NCBI GenBank assembly: GCA_028534125.1
Contig: CM052816.1
Coordinates: forward strand, 35,342,001-35,406,000
DNA length: 64,000 bases
From: Lama glama
Lineage: Eukaryota
Reading direction: 5' to 3'
A model generated the notes under the pieces. The model worked only from the letters and a program-made list of their open reading frames with translations. It was not told the DNA's origin and did not search any database. Of the stretch, positions 1 through 12,480 are shown piece after piece (within the stretch, counting starts at the first letter, position 1; each line of letters begins with the position of its first letter). The position numbers and the translations under genes were made by a program.

Positions 1-1038
1 CTCCACATAACCCCTGATCTGTTCTTCATCGCTATAGTCTTGCCTTTTCCAAAATGTCATATTAATGCAGTCATGGAATATATAGCCTTTTGAGTCTACC
101 TTCTTCACTTACAAGAATGCATTTGAGATTCGTCTGTTATTGCGCGTATTAGCCGTTTCTTCCATTTTATCGTAGTGTAGTGTTTCATAGTTTATCCATT
201 TCCCAGTTGAGGGACATTTGGGTTTTTTCCAGTTTTGGGCAATTATGAATAAAGTTACTATAAACATTCATATACAGGTTTTACTGTGTGAATGCAAATT
301 TTTATTTCACTTGGGCAAATAACTAAGAGTGAGATTGCTAGGCCCTGTGCTAAGTGCATATTTCTAGGAAACAGCCGGACTTTTCCCAAAATGGCTGTAC
401 CATTTTACATTCCCACCAGTAATGCATAACAATTCCAATTTTTCCTCATTCTCATTAACACTTGGTATTGTCAGGTGTTTTTCTGAGGAGGGGGAAGTGG
501 ATTGGTGGGTTTGTTTTCTCATTCTGGTAGGTATACAGAGGTATCTTATTGTGGTTTTAATTTATATTTCCTTATGGACTAATACTGTTGAGCATATTTT
601 CATGTGTTTATTTGCCATCCACATATCTTCTTTTACTTATTTATTTTGAATTGAAGTATAGTCAGTTACAATGTGTCAATTTCTGGTGTAGAGCATGTTT
701 CAGTCATACATATATATACATATATTCATTTCATATTCTTTTTCATTATAGGTTACTACAAGATATTGAATATAGTTCCCCGTGCTATACAGAAGAAATT
801 TGGCTTTTATCTATTTTATATAATAGTAGTTAATATTTGCAAATCTCAAATTTCAAGTTTATCCTTCCCTACCCCCTTTCACAGCACTCTGTGTATAGTG
901 TTGCTATGAACATTGGGGTGCATGTTTCTTTTCGAATTAGAGTTCCCTCTGGATATATGCCCAGGAGTGGGCACGTATCTTCTTTGGTCAAGTATCTGTT
1001 CAAAGCTTTTGCTCATTTTAAAAATTGGTTGTTGTTTT
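1..1038 (-). mobile_element. Old L1 (L1M-type) 3' portion: ORF2 C-terminus and 3' UTR, antisense
   Basis: Typical antisense L1 motifs (gagggacatttgggtt, cattcccaccag, gtatcttattgtggttttaatt, gagcatattttcatgtg); interrupted by a younger L1 at 634-971. Confidence 0.9.
634..971 (-). mobile_element. Younger 5'-truncated L1 3' end nested in the old L1
   Basis: ttgaagtatagtcagttacaatgtg...tacaagatattgaatatagttccccgtgctatacag; 14-bp TSD with one mismatch, cacatatcttcttt (620-633) and cacgtatcttcttt (972-985). Confidence 0.88.
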
Positions 1039-1620
1039 GAAAAGAAAGAACAAAGATAAAGGACTCCTATGACCTGATTTTAAGACTTACTAAAAAGCTA
1101 TAGTAATCAAGAGAGTGAGGTATCAGTAAAACATAGATATACAGATCAATGGAATAGAATAAAGGGTCCAGAAATATACCCATGCAAATATGATCAATTG
1201 ATTATTGGCAAAGGTGCAAAGAAAATTTAATGGAGAAAAGGTAGTCTTTTCAACAAACAGTGCTGGAACAACTGGACATTGATGTGAAAAAATTTACTGT
1301 GGCTTGTTTTTTACCCATATCTCTCACCTTACATAAAAACTAACTCAAAATGGATCATAGACCTAAATATAAAATGTAAAACAACAAACCTTTCAGAAAA
1401 AAATACAGGATAAATCTTTATTACTTTCAGTTAAGGAAAGAGTTCTAACATACAACACCAAAAGCATTATATAAAGAAGGAAAAAATTAGTAAATTGGGC
1501 TTGATTAAAATTAGGAAAAAATTGATTTATGAAAGATGCAGGCAAGAGAATGAAACGACAAGCCACAGAAAATATTTGCAAATCACACATCTGACAAAGG
1601 GCATGTAGGCAGCATATAAA
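1039..1620 (+). mobile_element. L1 ORF2 fragment, sense orientation (inverted 5' segment of the preceding L1)
   Basis: aaagctatagtaatcaag, gatcaatggaatagaata, aactcaaaatggatcatagacctaaat, atttgcaaatcacacatctgacaaagg are L1 ORF2 sense motifs. Confidence 0.88.
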
Positions 1621-2508
1621 TCTCCAATTTTAAAGAAATGCTTTCCATTCTTTCAGGCTCAACTCAAATCTCATCTTTGTGAAAACTTCAAAGACCAGAT
1701 GAGCTAGAATCCATATGTCTGGAACATTAGTGGATGAACGAATAAACATTTCTCAGGCATTATTACATTCCTGTAAAGGCGTATACACTAATAAATAGAC
1801 CCTTATATGCTGGTCCCCTTTTTAACTAAAAACCTGTATGTAGACACTTGCCAGACACTTGATACACTGCAGTGTGTTACTTTGGAATGAAATAAAACTC
1901 TGACTGAAATAATAAATACTGTGGATGGATGGCATCCTCTTACAGATCCCAAATTGCTCACATTGTGTCTTCGCCTTAAGGAGGCTATATCTAACAAGGG
2001 CAGGTCTGGTGAAGTATATTTTGCAGCTATATATAATGTCTTGTATGGGTCTGTGAACATGTATTTGTCTAACAATAGTTAGAGAAAGGGAAAAATTTGG
2101 AAAAATTCTGTTACATATTTTATCTATTTTGCTGAAATAGCATTTCTTCTATTCACTTCCAGTTTTTGCCAAATATTATTATGTATTACTATGTATTATT
2201 ATTTTCTTTGAAAATCAGAAGCTTTTGTCTATTCTGGAGGCCCTTTAGTCTAACCTCATTTTTCAAAAACCCATGATCTGCTAAATTTAAATGCAGCTCC
2301 CTTTGCTAGGTCTAGATTAGAGCTAAGGACCAAAAGAGGCACCCTTACTAAATTAATATCCTGTGCAGCAGTATCCCAAGAGTCCAGGAAAATATGTGAT
2401 ATTGATGTTTCTCCAAAGATTTTAAGACAATAGGTTTGCTTTATACAGAGCTTCCCAATGCGTACACATTAAAGGAAAGGTGGGTCCATTCAGCAAAGTG
2501 AACACAGG

Positions 2509-3452
2509 TATAGTGCTGGCACAGGTACAATGCAATTACTGGTCGCCCCACTCAGAGGGCCCTGTCCTTGGTTTAATGCTCTCCTGTCACCATCTTGAAA
2601 TTCTCATAATTTTTATCTTTGAATTTGTGTTTTGTAAGTGAAGTCTAAAGGAACAATGGAACATATATGTAAGCAGAGAAGGTATGCACAAGACACGTGT
2701 CCACTGTTTCTTGCCATTCTTTTTTCATTAGTATTCCAATGCCTCCTGCGTACAGCAGATGCACAGTGGATGCACAGTTCGTGAGAGTGCAGCAAGTTCA
2801 AAGTGAGCGTGAGGTCAGGGCATTGTATCTATGACTGAGTTAACAGGCACTGACGATCCTGAGATGCTATGCTTTCCATTCAAAGCAGAACTAGCTTCTA
2901 TGCAGAAGGAAGGCAGTGGCATTCTAAGAGACACGAACATGCAAGAAACCTTTTCATACCCTTTCTTATTTGTATTACTTCCTGTATTAGCCAACTACTT
3001 ACACTAAAATGACATAAAAGGAAAGGGAGAGATACGGCATCATGTAGTTACTTCCCCTTTTTGTCCTTTCTTACTCACTAGTAAGCTAAAGCTAAAGGAG
3101 TTAATGGAAGTGCACACATCAAAAAGTGAACTTTTAAAAACTGAGTGCGTAGTTTGCATTGTTCTGGTAAGAATGAGATACATATTCACCTACAAACTAT
3201 GTAATATGAATGCCATAATTTTAATGATTCTACATATAAGTTAAATGCTCTTATATTTGCACCTAAAATTGTCATATGATAGAAAGATGGATGGTAAAAT
3301 TCATGCTAATAATTTAAAATTAAAGATTCTCTTTACTTCATAGCAAATAAAAAGTTCATCTTGAGAGAGAAAGAAAAAGAGAGAGGCTGAAGAAGAAAGG
3401 GAAAAAAGCCTTCTAATTTAGCACTTTTACCAGCATGTTTTCTCCTGCTTTA
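2509..3452 (+). mobile_element. MER45-family hAT-Tip100 DNA transposon (MER45B-like)
   Basis: cagagggccctgtccttggtttaatgctctcctgtcaccatcttgaaattct matches the recalled MER45 5' end; ends at ttttctcctgcttt. Confidence 0.7.
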
Positions 3453-3821
3453 AGCACCGTTTGACTGACATGAAAAAGGAATTCTTTATAAATCCTTTCC
3501 TTACAGAGTAAACCTGAGTTTTTATTATTTAATGATGTTAATCAATGTCCAAATTTAGAAAGAATTATTTAGTACTTAGTCCATCACCAATGTTATAAAA
3601 CACCCCAAAATTGTTTTTCCTATAGCAGGTAGAGATTGCATTTAGTCAAAGATAATCTTTTATTTCATCTTCTCTTCTCCAACTCTGAGTAAACTACTCA
3701 TAAGATCCAAAGGGGCTGGAGGTAAATGTCTTACTTCCTTCTCCTATCAGCAGGGACTCTGATTCTTCACAGAGTCTTGTTAGAAAATGTTACCATAAGC
3801 ACTATCGGGTCCCAATAAAAA

Positions 3822-4075
3822 TAATATAAACTGAGTACTCACTATATGCTCAGATACGTACCAAGTGCTTTTACACACACTGTCTCATTTAAGTCTTATA
3901 AAAACCATGTGGGCTAGGCACTAATATTATCCCAATTTACAGATTGAAAGGAAACAAGAAGCAGCAGCAGCAAAGAGAAGGTAAATACATCATTTTCAGT
4001 CTCACAGCTTGTTAGTGTCGATATCATCATTTGAATCCAAGTGATCTAACGCAAGAGTCACTTAACTGTTACCTC
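3822..4075 (-). mobile_element. MIR SINE
   Basis: ctgagtactcactatatg...ctcattt...tattatcccaatttacaga is the antisense MIR core. Confidence 0.75.
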
Positions 4076-4234
4076 CGCTGCTTTGCCAGGTAGGTCTATT
4101 GACTCAGAAGTAGAGGAGTGATTTTGAGCGGAAAAAAGGATGACCAACATCCAAGCAAAATGACCAAATGGCAGGGGAGATCCGATCTCTTAAAGTTAAA
4201 AATAGCATAGCTGATATTAAAAATCTCTTTATAG

Positions 4235-4470
4235 CTCCAAAAGTCCAGCAAACCTAAGTTTGAGAACGAGCTCCACAATTTCTCAGCTTTGTGGCCTTGG
4301 GGAAATTACTGAACTAAATCTTAATTCTCTCAGTTGTCAGATGAGGATAATAACAGCACCAACTTCACAGGGCTGCTGGGGGGATTAAGAGGCATTGTGT
4401 ATATAAAATGTTTATCTTGGTGCCTGGCATTCAATAAATGCTCTAAAAATGTTAGTTATTATTACTGTTA
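4235..4470 (+). mobile_element. MIR SINE
   Basis: gtggccttggggaaattact...gaggataataacag...tgcctggcattcaataaatgctc...gttagttattatt. Confidence 0.8.
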
Positions 4471-5471
4471 TTTTTAGTATTTTATTTGCTTGAGCTTCTC
4501 ATCTTCGAACACTCTTTTTCCTTCTGTCTTTGTAGTGTAAGTAATTCTTCCTACAATTTTGAGTTGGAGTTGAGCCCTACTCATAAAATCTCCGGGCAAT
4601 CAGAATCTTCACTTTTTTTCCTGCAATTCTACGTGCCACCCACTACATCTTGACTGATTTAGTGTCAGATTATAGATTTTCATCCACACACTTCAATTCA
4701 AAACCTTTTTTATCTGGCTTTGAAGCATATTGTGTTAAATTCCCAAGTGATACCTTTAGAGTTTGCTGTAAAGTCCTTACCATAGCTCTCAGAAAACTTT
4801 AAGTTGTTCTTAGGGGAACAATCACTGTTTTACATTTCATTATTGAATAGAAAACCTAGAAGAACAATATCAACTTTTAAATGAAATTATATGCCTGGAA
4901 GGGGAGTATAAATGTGAAAAAGAGAGCACCTCATTATCACTCTTTCAAGCTGCTAGAGTGAAACTTGAGTCATTGCATATTCCAACATCAAAAACTCTCT
5001 TGGATATACTAAAGAACATCATTATGCACACAGCAATAAAACGAGGAAGTTATCAGAGGGAGCCACTAAGAATAAAAGATTGCCAAGACAGATTCTTAAA
5101 ACAGATAATATAATAAGTTCGCTAATAAGGATTCTGAAAGAGCTCTAAGATTTTCCAACTGAAACTGAATTCCTTGGGGTTCTTAACTAGTCAAGGGCAT
5201 CAACTTATTTTTTTTTCTGTTTAAACCATCCATACCCCTTTGCTGACCCATCAAGAAAGCTTCTACCTGTATCTAGAAACACAAAGAAACTTTTGACTTC
5301 GTTATTGGTATTCATTAGAGTACTCATATGAAAATAAGCGGAATTAGTCTTCTTTTTAAAGACCTGGGTTACTAACAAAAGCCTTTTGAATAAAGAATAA
5401 GTATATGAAAGGTGTCATGCTCACCATCTTGCTATAATCCTCTAAAATGCCTTCATAACGTAGAAACTCTT

Positions 5472-5559
5472 TTTTTTTTACATTTTTATTGATTCATAAT
5501 CATTTTACAGTGTTGTGTCAAATTCCAGTGTTCAGTACAAATTTTCAGTCATACATGGA
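5472..5559 (-). mobile_element. Extremely 5'-truncated young L1 3' tip
   Basis: Poly(T) followed by tttattgattcataatcattttacagtgttgtgtcaaattccagtg...cagtcatacat; flanked by aaactctt direct repeats (5464-5471, 5560-5567). Confidence 0.75.
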
Positions 5560-5999
5560 AAACTCTTCTAATTGCAGAATATTTAAGAATTATTGCACGT
5601 CACCTCAATAAACCTAATCATGAAAGGTTTTTTGGGGTGATAATTGTAGATTTAGAAATACATACCATCCAGTTCACCTTCCCTTGCTATTTCCATTTAT
5701 TTATCTCACAGTGAGTAACTCAAGTTTCAAATGGGATCTGTTGTGCTCACTTTCAGTACTTTTGGCTTTATGAACCGCTCATCTTTAGTGTTTGTGCTTC
5801 TAGTGGTTTTTTTTTTCCTTCTCTTTGATCGCTGTGTACCTATAAATTTATGAATTAGCGGAGTTGGCTACAGTGGACACAGCAGAGCAAATGTTTTATC
5901 TTTTTTTTTTTTAAGTTGTTAGCTCTGTATGGGGGGAAAATAAGTCCTGATCCCATACTCTGCCCAATGATTAGGAAATCGCAGTGAGGGGCGCCTTAC

Positions 6000-6036
6000 A
6001 TCTGTTTCCACCATATCGAAGCTTCTATAGCAAGAA
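6000..6036 (-). CDS. Putative 37-nt exon with start codon (ATG at 6014, MVETD) of an unidentified gene running off the left edge
   Basis: Long pyrimidine tract ending ttttgtctccAG, then ttcttgctatagaagcttcgatATGGTGGAAACAGAT, then GTAAGG donor. G at -3 and +4; ~200 bp from the CpG island. Confidence 0.55.
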
Positions 6037-6204
6037 CTGGAGACAAAATTAAGAAATACACAAGAAAGCATGTGAAATAAAGAAAAAGTAAGAAATGCTA
6101 GAGTTTTTTTTGTTTTCCCCCAAGCAGCAAAGGAAGGTGGACTTGTGGGCAAAAACTGACGACGGTTGTTCTCGGAGATTTTTACAAAGCAGAGACTTCC
6201 CAGA

Positions 6205-6915
6205 GCCAGCCAGCGCACCTGAGGGAAACACAGGCCTGACCGTGCCCCTCTCCTCGCCCTCGCACAGATCCTGCTCCTGCTCGCGGGGCCCGGCGCCTTG
6301 CCCAGGACCCAGGCCAGGCCCCGCCCGAGGGTGGGCGGCTCCCGGCGGGAGCGGCCCAGTCCCAACCACAGAGAGGCCGCCCCTCCGGCTTCCTAGAGCG
6401 GCCGCGGTGGGGTTGGTGGGTGTGCAGGCGTGGGGCCGGGGTCCTGGGGCGAGTCTCGGTGGTCTGGGCTCCGCTGCCCGCTTCAGGTCTCGGCGGAGGC
6501 CGGGCGTCTTGCGCTCTGCGGGGTGAGCCCCGAGTCTTCAGGCGGAGTGGCTGCCTTGGAGGAGCGGGGTTTCAGCCGGCTGGGCTACCACGGTCTCGGG
6601 CGTTTCCCGCGCCCGCCTGCGCTGGCCCTCGGTCGTCTCCGTCCCGCCCCCCGCGCTGCCTCCCGCCCGCCCGCAGCCTCCTTCCAACCACGGAAACGAG
6701 CCTCGTCTGCCGCGGGCCAGCGGGTGAAGATCGGGCGGCGGAGGGCGAGCCTGCGGGCCGCCGCAGGGGGTAACCGAGAAGAACACGGCCAGGGAGGTGC
6801 GCGGGGCCGGTCCCGGGCCCAGCGCTGTGGCTCTGGGGTCGCCTGCCTTCGGGCGGTTTGCTTAATTTTCCTTAGTTTTTTGAGACCCCAGTACTGGCTT
6901 TAATATTTCCCGGGT
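6205..6915. promoter_or_regulatory. CpG island promoter
   Basis: Very GC- and CpG-rich block in AT-rich surroundings; GC boxes (cccgcccc near 6643, gggcgg near 6733); no repeat signature. Confidence 0.9.
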
Positions 6916-7027
6916 TTTTGTGAGACATGAATGAGCTAAGGAATGTAAAGACCAGTAAGAGCTATTTATGTCTTGAGTGCTTCCTATGAGCCTGGCCTTG
7001 TTATCACTTAACACAGAAGCTGATCTC

Positions 7028-7340
7028 ACTCATTCGATAAATGTTTGTTGATTACATGCTCTGTATCAGTCAGTACTGCGAGGCGCCGGGGATGAACGCC
7101 TGCCCTGCGGTGTTCTGCACCCTTCTGAAGCTTATTTGAGGATGAGAGGTTGGTTCGAGTATGGAAGAGACACAGACTTTAAATAATGCTTTCGTTATAC
7201 CTTTTAGAACTTGTAACAGGGAGAAACGTATTGAGGGGGCGGTGAAGATGAGTAAGAGGAGAAAAGGGAAGGCTTCCCTGAGGAAGTACTATTTCAAAGA
7301 AACCTGAAAGATGAGGAGAGATCAGCCAGATTCTACCAGT
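7028..7340 (-). mobile_element. L2 3' fragment
   Basis: cattcgataaatgtttgttgattac...; aggcttccctgaggaag...aacctgaaagatgaggagagatcagccag. Confidence 0.6.
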
Positions 7341-8379
7341 GTTCCAGGCCGAGCGTGAGGACTCATGCTTAAAGTATTTACACAGCCCCAGTAGTGGGAC
7401 TTTACTCAGTATGTTATCTTTCCCCACGCTCCACCCCCATGTCTCCCTGACCTCCCCATAATAGGGCGATGAAGCTTGCAGCTGATTTTGGTCCTAGTAG
7501 TTTTTCCTTATAATAAGCACCATGCCATTTCTATCTCCTGTTTGACCAAAACAGATACTTTTGAAAACCTGAAGAAAACAGTATCATACTATCTGTGGTT
7601 TCTCATTGCCTTCTAAAGCAAACATAACTAACTTGTTTGCAAAGTTCTCTATCGAACCAAGGATTCATATTTAATTACGACTTTTACTCTGCTGCACCCT
7701 TCACTGTTTTCTTCAGTTGGTGTTGACTTCTTTTGGAACCGTGTACTCTTCACCTCGATTCTCTAATCTAACAGCTATTCAAAGTGTTGCACTTTATGGA
7801 GCAGTTGTGTTCTTATTTAGCACACTGATTCCTGGTGTCTCAAATATCTCCCTAACTCCGGAAAAGGTTTAGCCCTTAACCCACTGTTTGCTAGCACAAA
7901 AAAGTAACATTATTTTAAATAATTGCAATCATGGAATACAGGCACACTTTTTATTTATAAGAATTGTGTCCCAATCCAACATATAAATTGTTTACCGTGC
8001 AGAGATTCCTTTTCTTCCCACCCAGGAGCCTTTCATCTATTTCTCCACCTCAGATGCCAGCAGGGCTTTCAGACCCTTCTGATAGTAACAGGATGTAGGC
8101 AGACTCAACTCACCCCGTCTCGTTTACTGCCTGACTAGATATGTCCATATCTTATTCTTTAATTTCCTTTACTTATTGCTGCTTACAGCAGTATAATTCT
8201 ACTTTAGGCAACTTCTATACGTCCATATCCATTGCTTTTTTTCTTCCTTCCTATTTATGATTAGAAAATTACTTTATCAATCTGTTTTATTTATGAACTA
8301 AAAAAGAGTTCTAGGCAAGAAGATAAGCATGGGACTGTAGGATACTGGTAATAGTAGCTAGTACAGCTGACTGTTCCTC

Positions 8380-8600
8380 CTCTTTGTTCCCTTCCTGTCC
8401 CATGAATACGTCTATGATTGTATTTACCACATTGTATTATGACTAGTTGTTTGTATTATTCTCCACTCATTAATTAGACTTCCTTACTGGTAGAGACTGA
8501 GTCTGTTGTTTTCCTTTTTTTCTTTCCATTTGTTTTTCCTGTGCTTAGCATTAGCACAATGCCTGGTACATTACAGGTACTCAGTGAATGTGTTTTGAAT
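8380..8600 (+). mobile_element. L2 3' end
   Basis: agcacaatgcctggtacattacaggtactcagtgaatgtgttttgaat. Confidence 0.7.
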
Positions 8601-8839
8601 CGGGAAAGAAAAGGAATTCATTGTTAAATCAAAGTTTTAAGTGAAATAGGTGTAAATGAGTAGAAATTTCCTTCAGAATTTTCACACATCTTCATCAGTC
8701 TTCTTACCCTCTAAATACATATACTTTCCTTCAAATATTAAAGATAGCAGTAAAATGAATTCTTCCTCAGCATTTTTTCTATTGAGTTGCAGTGTGAGTA
8801 CGTGTTGTATTAAAGTGAACAGAAGGAAAGGAGCAAGTC

Positions 8840-8960
8840 TGTGAGGTATTAATTCCCCATTTTACCAATGAGAAAACAATCTCAGAAGGGTAAAAGTGGT
8901 CCTACTCTTTGTGAAAGACACCCGGTGCTCAAACTCAGTTCTTTCTGATGCCTAAGCCAA
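8840..8960 (-). mobile_element. MIR fragment
   Basis: ctgtgaggtattaattccccattttaccaatgagaaaac. Confidence 0.6.
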
Positions 8961-9241
8961 CGTTCTTTCTTTGGTAGAAGCCAAACTTCGCATTTTTCTT
9001 GTTCAAGTAGTATAAAGATCAATAGGAAAAAATTATAAATTCCAGATAAGCAAAATAAAACAAAGCAAAAGGAAATGAAATTCATCCATGATTCCATCAA
9101 TCAGGGCCAACCACTGTTAACATTTTTGTGTATTTTGTGTACACACAGACACACTTTTTCTCTTAACAAAAATGGAATCACACAACTTCAGTCTCCCTTT
9201 TTGCTTGACAATATGTGATAACTTCTCTCTCTTGTTTATTC

Positions 9242-9442
9242 CAGGGTTTTTCAACCTTAGTGTTATTGACACTTGGGGCCAGGTAACTGTTGGGGGTTGG
9301 GGTGCAGGGCTTTTCTGTGCATAGTAGGATGTTTAACAGCATCGCCTTTACCCACTAGATGCCATTAGAACCACTCCACACTTCACTGTGGCAAGCAAAA
9401 ATGCTTCCACACGTTGCCAAATATCCCCTGGGGAACAAAATC
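9242..9442 (+). mobile_element. MER20 (hAT-Charlie MITE)
   Basis: cagggtttttcaacc...tattgacacttggggccaggtaa...cccactagatgcca...ttgccaaatatcccctggggaacaaaatc. Confidence 0.85.
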
Positions 9443-10034
9443 AATTAATTTATGTAATTATATAATATAGTATATAATATAATGTTAATCATTTTTCTTT
9501 TCTTGACACCTGTCTACCAAATGGCTATTAGAAAATCAACAGTAAATGCTTTGCTTTCTGCTTTTCATAGTTTGTTTTAGAAATAATTAATATCAAGTGA
9601 ATATTAGAAAAAATTTTAAATTACATGTCTTAAACTCCTTATTAAACTCTAAGGTAATGCCACCAGATTTAGAAATTTTTTCTCATCTTAGAATATGTCC
9701 TCTTTATGACTCATGGATTTGTTATTATTTAAAATTTAAAAGTTGACTTTGAATGAATAAAGCCCAAGTTATCTCAAAGCAAAGATTTTAGTAGCATCAT
9801 GAGATAAGCATTAGAACTTACAGTCTTTGGGAGAGTGAATTGGTAAATTCATGATCTTGATTCAAGTTTCCATGCAAAGATATGTATTTGATAGACTTTT
9901 ATCATTGTAACCTTTTTTGTATTTTTAGTTTTCAAATGATTTTTAAAATAAAACCATTCTTACAGCAAAAACATAAACATCTTTCAGAGGCTATTTTAAA
10001 AATTCAGGGCAAGTTTGTAGAATCTGTTATATTT

Positions 10035-11800
10035 TACTTTTTAAAAAATTTTTTAGTGTTAAATGAAACACATATAGAACATTGCACAAAACATAAATAT
10101 GCAATTTAAGGAACTACTACAATTTGAACATTATGTAATCACCAATCAGTTCAAGAAGTAGATCACGGGTAAAGCTCAAGAAGCACCCCATCTCCATGTC
10201 CATCCTCAACCACAGCTTCCTGTCCCTCTCTATAAATGTAATCCTTTCCTGATATTTACAGGAAATACCACCTAGTTACTTCCTTGTTCTTTTAATTCTT
10301 TTACTATATAAGTGTGCATCTGTTTACATTAGAGTTTAGGTTTGCTTATTTTTAGAGTTTATATAAATGGAATTTTACAGTAATCATACAGTGTGTATGT
10401 AGTCTTTTCTCTTTAGCTCAACATTATGTTTGTGAGATTCATCTGTGTCATTGCTTACAGTATAATTCATTTGTTTGCGTCATATTAATGAATCACTGCC
10501 CTTGACAAACATTTAATTGCTTCTGGTTTTTGGTCGATGAGCATTCTTATAACATGTTTGCTGGTACACATATGCCCACATTTCTGATGGGTATATATCT
10601 AGAAATTGATGTCTGCATCATAGAGAATACATTCTTCAGCTTTATAGCATGACAACAAATGATCTTCCAAAGTGATTCTACCAATTTATTCTACCACAGA
10701 GTTCTCAATTTCCTATGTCCTCACCAACATATGGGGTTTTTTAAATATGTCTTTTTAATATTTAGCCATTCTGGTGGGGTTTTAGAGCCTTTAATTTTTT
10801 TTTTTTTTTGGTGGGTGGAGGGAGGTAATTAGGTTTACTTATTTTTGGAGGAGGTGCTAGGGGTTGAACCCAGGACCTTGTGCATGCTAGGCATGCGCTC
10901 TACCACTTGAGCTATACCCTCCCCCTCAAGACCCTTTAATTTGTATTTTCCTGATCAACAGTGAAGTAGAGCACCTTTTCATGTGTTTATGAAAAGATGT
11001 GCTTTTTGACAGTGTCTGCTCAAGTTGCTTGTCCATTTTTCTATTCTTTTCCTTCAATCTTTTAATATTTTATAGTATTTTCTCAATATTAGTTATTTTT
11101 GTTTGTTTCAGTCTGTGACTTGTTTCTATACTTTTTAATTTTCAACATTTTTAGATATTTTGTATTAGGAATTTATCTTGTGTATAGCATTTAGATTTTT
11201 TTATAATCCTTCTGAGGGCCATTTTGTCTTCATAGGTAAATTTATTGATATGATAGATATCCCTATTTATGTTTTCTAATTTTTATTTTTTTTACTATAT
11301 ATGCACCATATATTTTTATATTTGTATTGTGTACATTATTTCTTCTGAAAATGTAAAAAATTGTATTCTAGGTTGTGTTTATGCTAAAAGTTTCCATAAC
11401 TTTATATAACATACTTTATTCTCTATTTCTTTATATGTATATCTAAATATATATATATCCCTACCATGAATAGTATCCCCCTTTATCTACTCCCTACCCT
11501 TTAAAACCTGATTTTAATTAACTGCATTATTTTTCTATATTTCATGTTTACTTTTATATCTTGAAGTGTGATTGTACATTTATTACTTGATCTGTCAGTT
11601 TTAAATCCTAACTTTATAACCTTGTCTATAACAGACAAAATCAAATCTTACACACATCCCACCTTTTCACCCCCTTTCCTGTTTTGTTAATTATATTATT
11701 TCTACATTGTCATGATTCATAAACTTGATATTGTGTTCTGTAACCATAATTTTCATGGTTGCTTTCATCTTAGTCTTAAATTAAGTGGACTCACTGTTTT
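10035..11800 (-). mobile_element. Old L1 (L1ME-like) antisense fragments
   Basis: tttatataaatggaat, ctcaacattatgtttgtgagattcatc, tttagccattctggtggg; T-rich decayed L1 continues to ~11800. Confidence 0.7.
10797..10925 (-). mobile_element. Vic-1-type camelid tRNA-derived SINE
   Basis: Reverse complement gggggagggtatagctcaagtggtagagcgcatgcctagcatgcacaaggtcctgggttcaacccc (A and B boxes), A-tail; TSD cctttaattt (10788-10797, 10933-10942). Confidence 0.92.
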
Positions 11801-11889
11801 CCACCAGCACTATTCGAGATAATACTAGCTTTCCAGGGTTGCTAGGAGGGTCAAATGAAAATATTGAGTCAACATCCATTATACGTAAC

Positions 11890-12480
11890 TGTGGGTTTAC
11901 TCTATTGCATGCTTTGTGCCAGGTGCCCGAGAATACAGAGGGCAACACCATTTCCTCTGCCTTTCAGGAGCTCCCATGTCTTATGGAAGACAAAAACCAT
12001 TTCAGTACAGTGTGATAAGAGGTATGTCAGAAATAAGTACAATGTACTCCAGGCCAGAGAGAAGTTGTTCCTAATTCAGGCTTGGGGTTGGGGCAAAGAG
12101 AGGATTCCCGGAGGAGGTGGCAACTGAGTTGCATCTTAGAGGATGAGTAAGATATGACCCCATGATGACAGGGTGAAAGGCTGGTCTAGACAACAGCAAA
12201 GGCAGAGGCATCAGAGAGAATCCATGTTCAGGGATTTGCAGTAATCGCGAATGTCTGGACTTGAGCACAAGATGTGGTTGGGAAAAAGAAACATGATGGG
12301 GCTGGAGAAATAGGCAAGAAGGGAGTTATGAAGCCTATGTGAGACCACGGTGGAGTCTTAAGTAAAGAAGTGGCTGATCAGATTTGCATTTCTGATGGGA
12401 CACAGGCAGCAGCAAAGGAGTGAACTGAATGAGGCCAGACTGGAGGAAGGAGATTAGATGGAAAGTCATCTTGATCATAA
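11890..12480 (-). mobile_element. L2 fragment
   Basis: gctttgtgccagg...ggaggaggtgg...gatcagatttgcattt...ggccagactggagg. Confidence 0.65.

Noticed and set aside
1803..2075. 90-aa minus-strand ORF as the next exon after MVETD
   Set aside because: No convincing donor/acceptor pair or recognisable homology.
5919..6903. Overlapping 82-157 aa ORFs in the CpG island
   Set aside because: Stop-poor GC-rich sequence gives Arg/Gly/Pro/Ala-rich ORFs on both strands; no recognisable domain.
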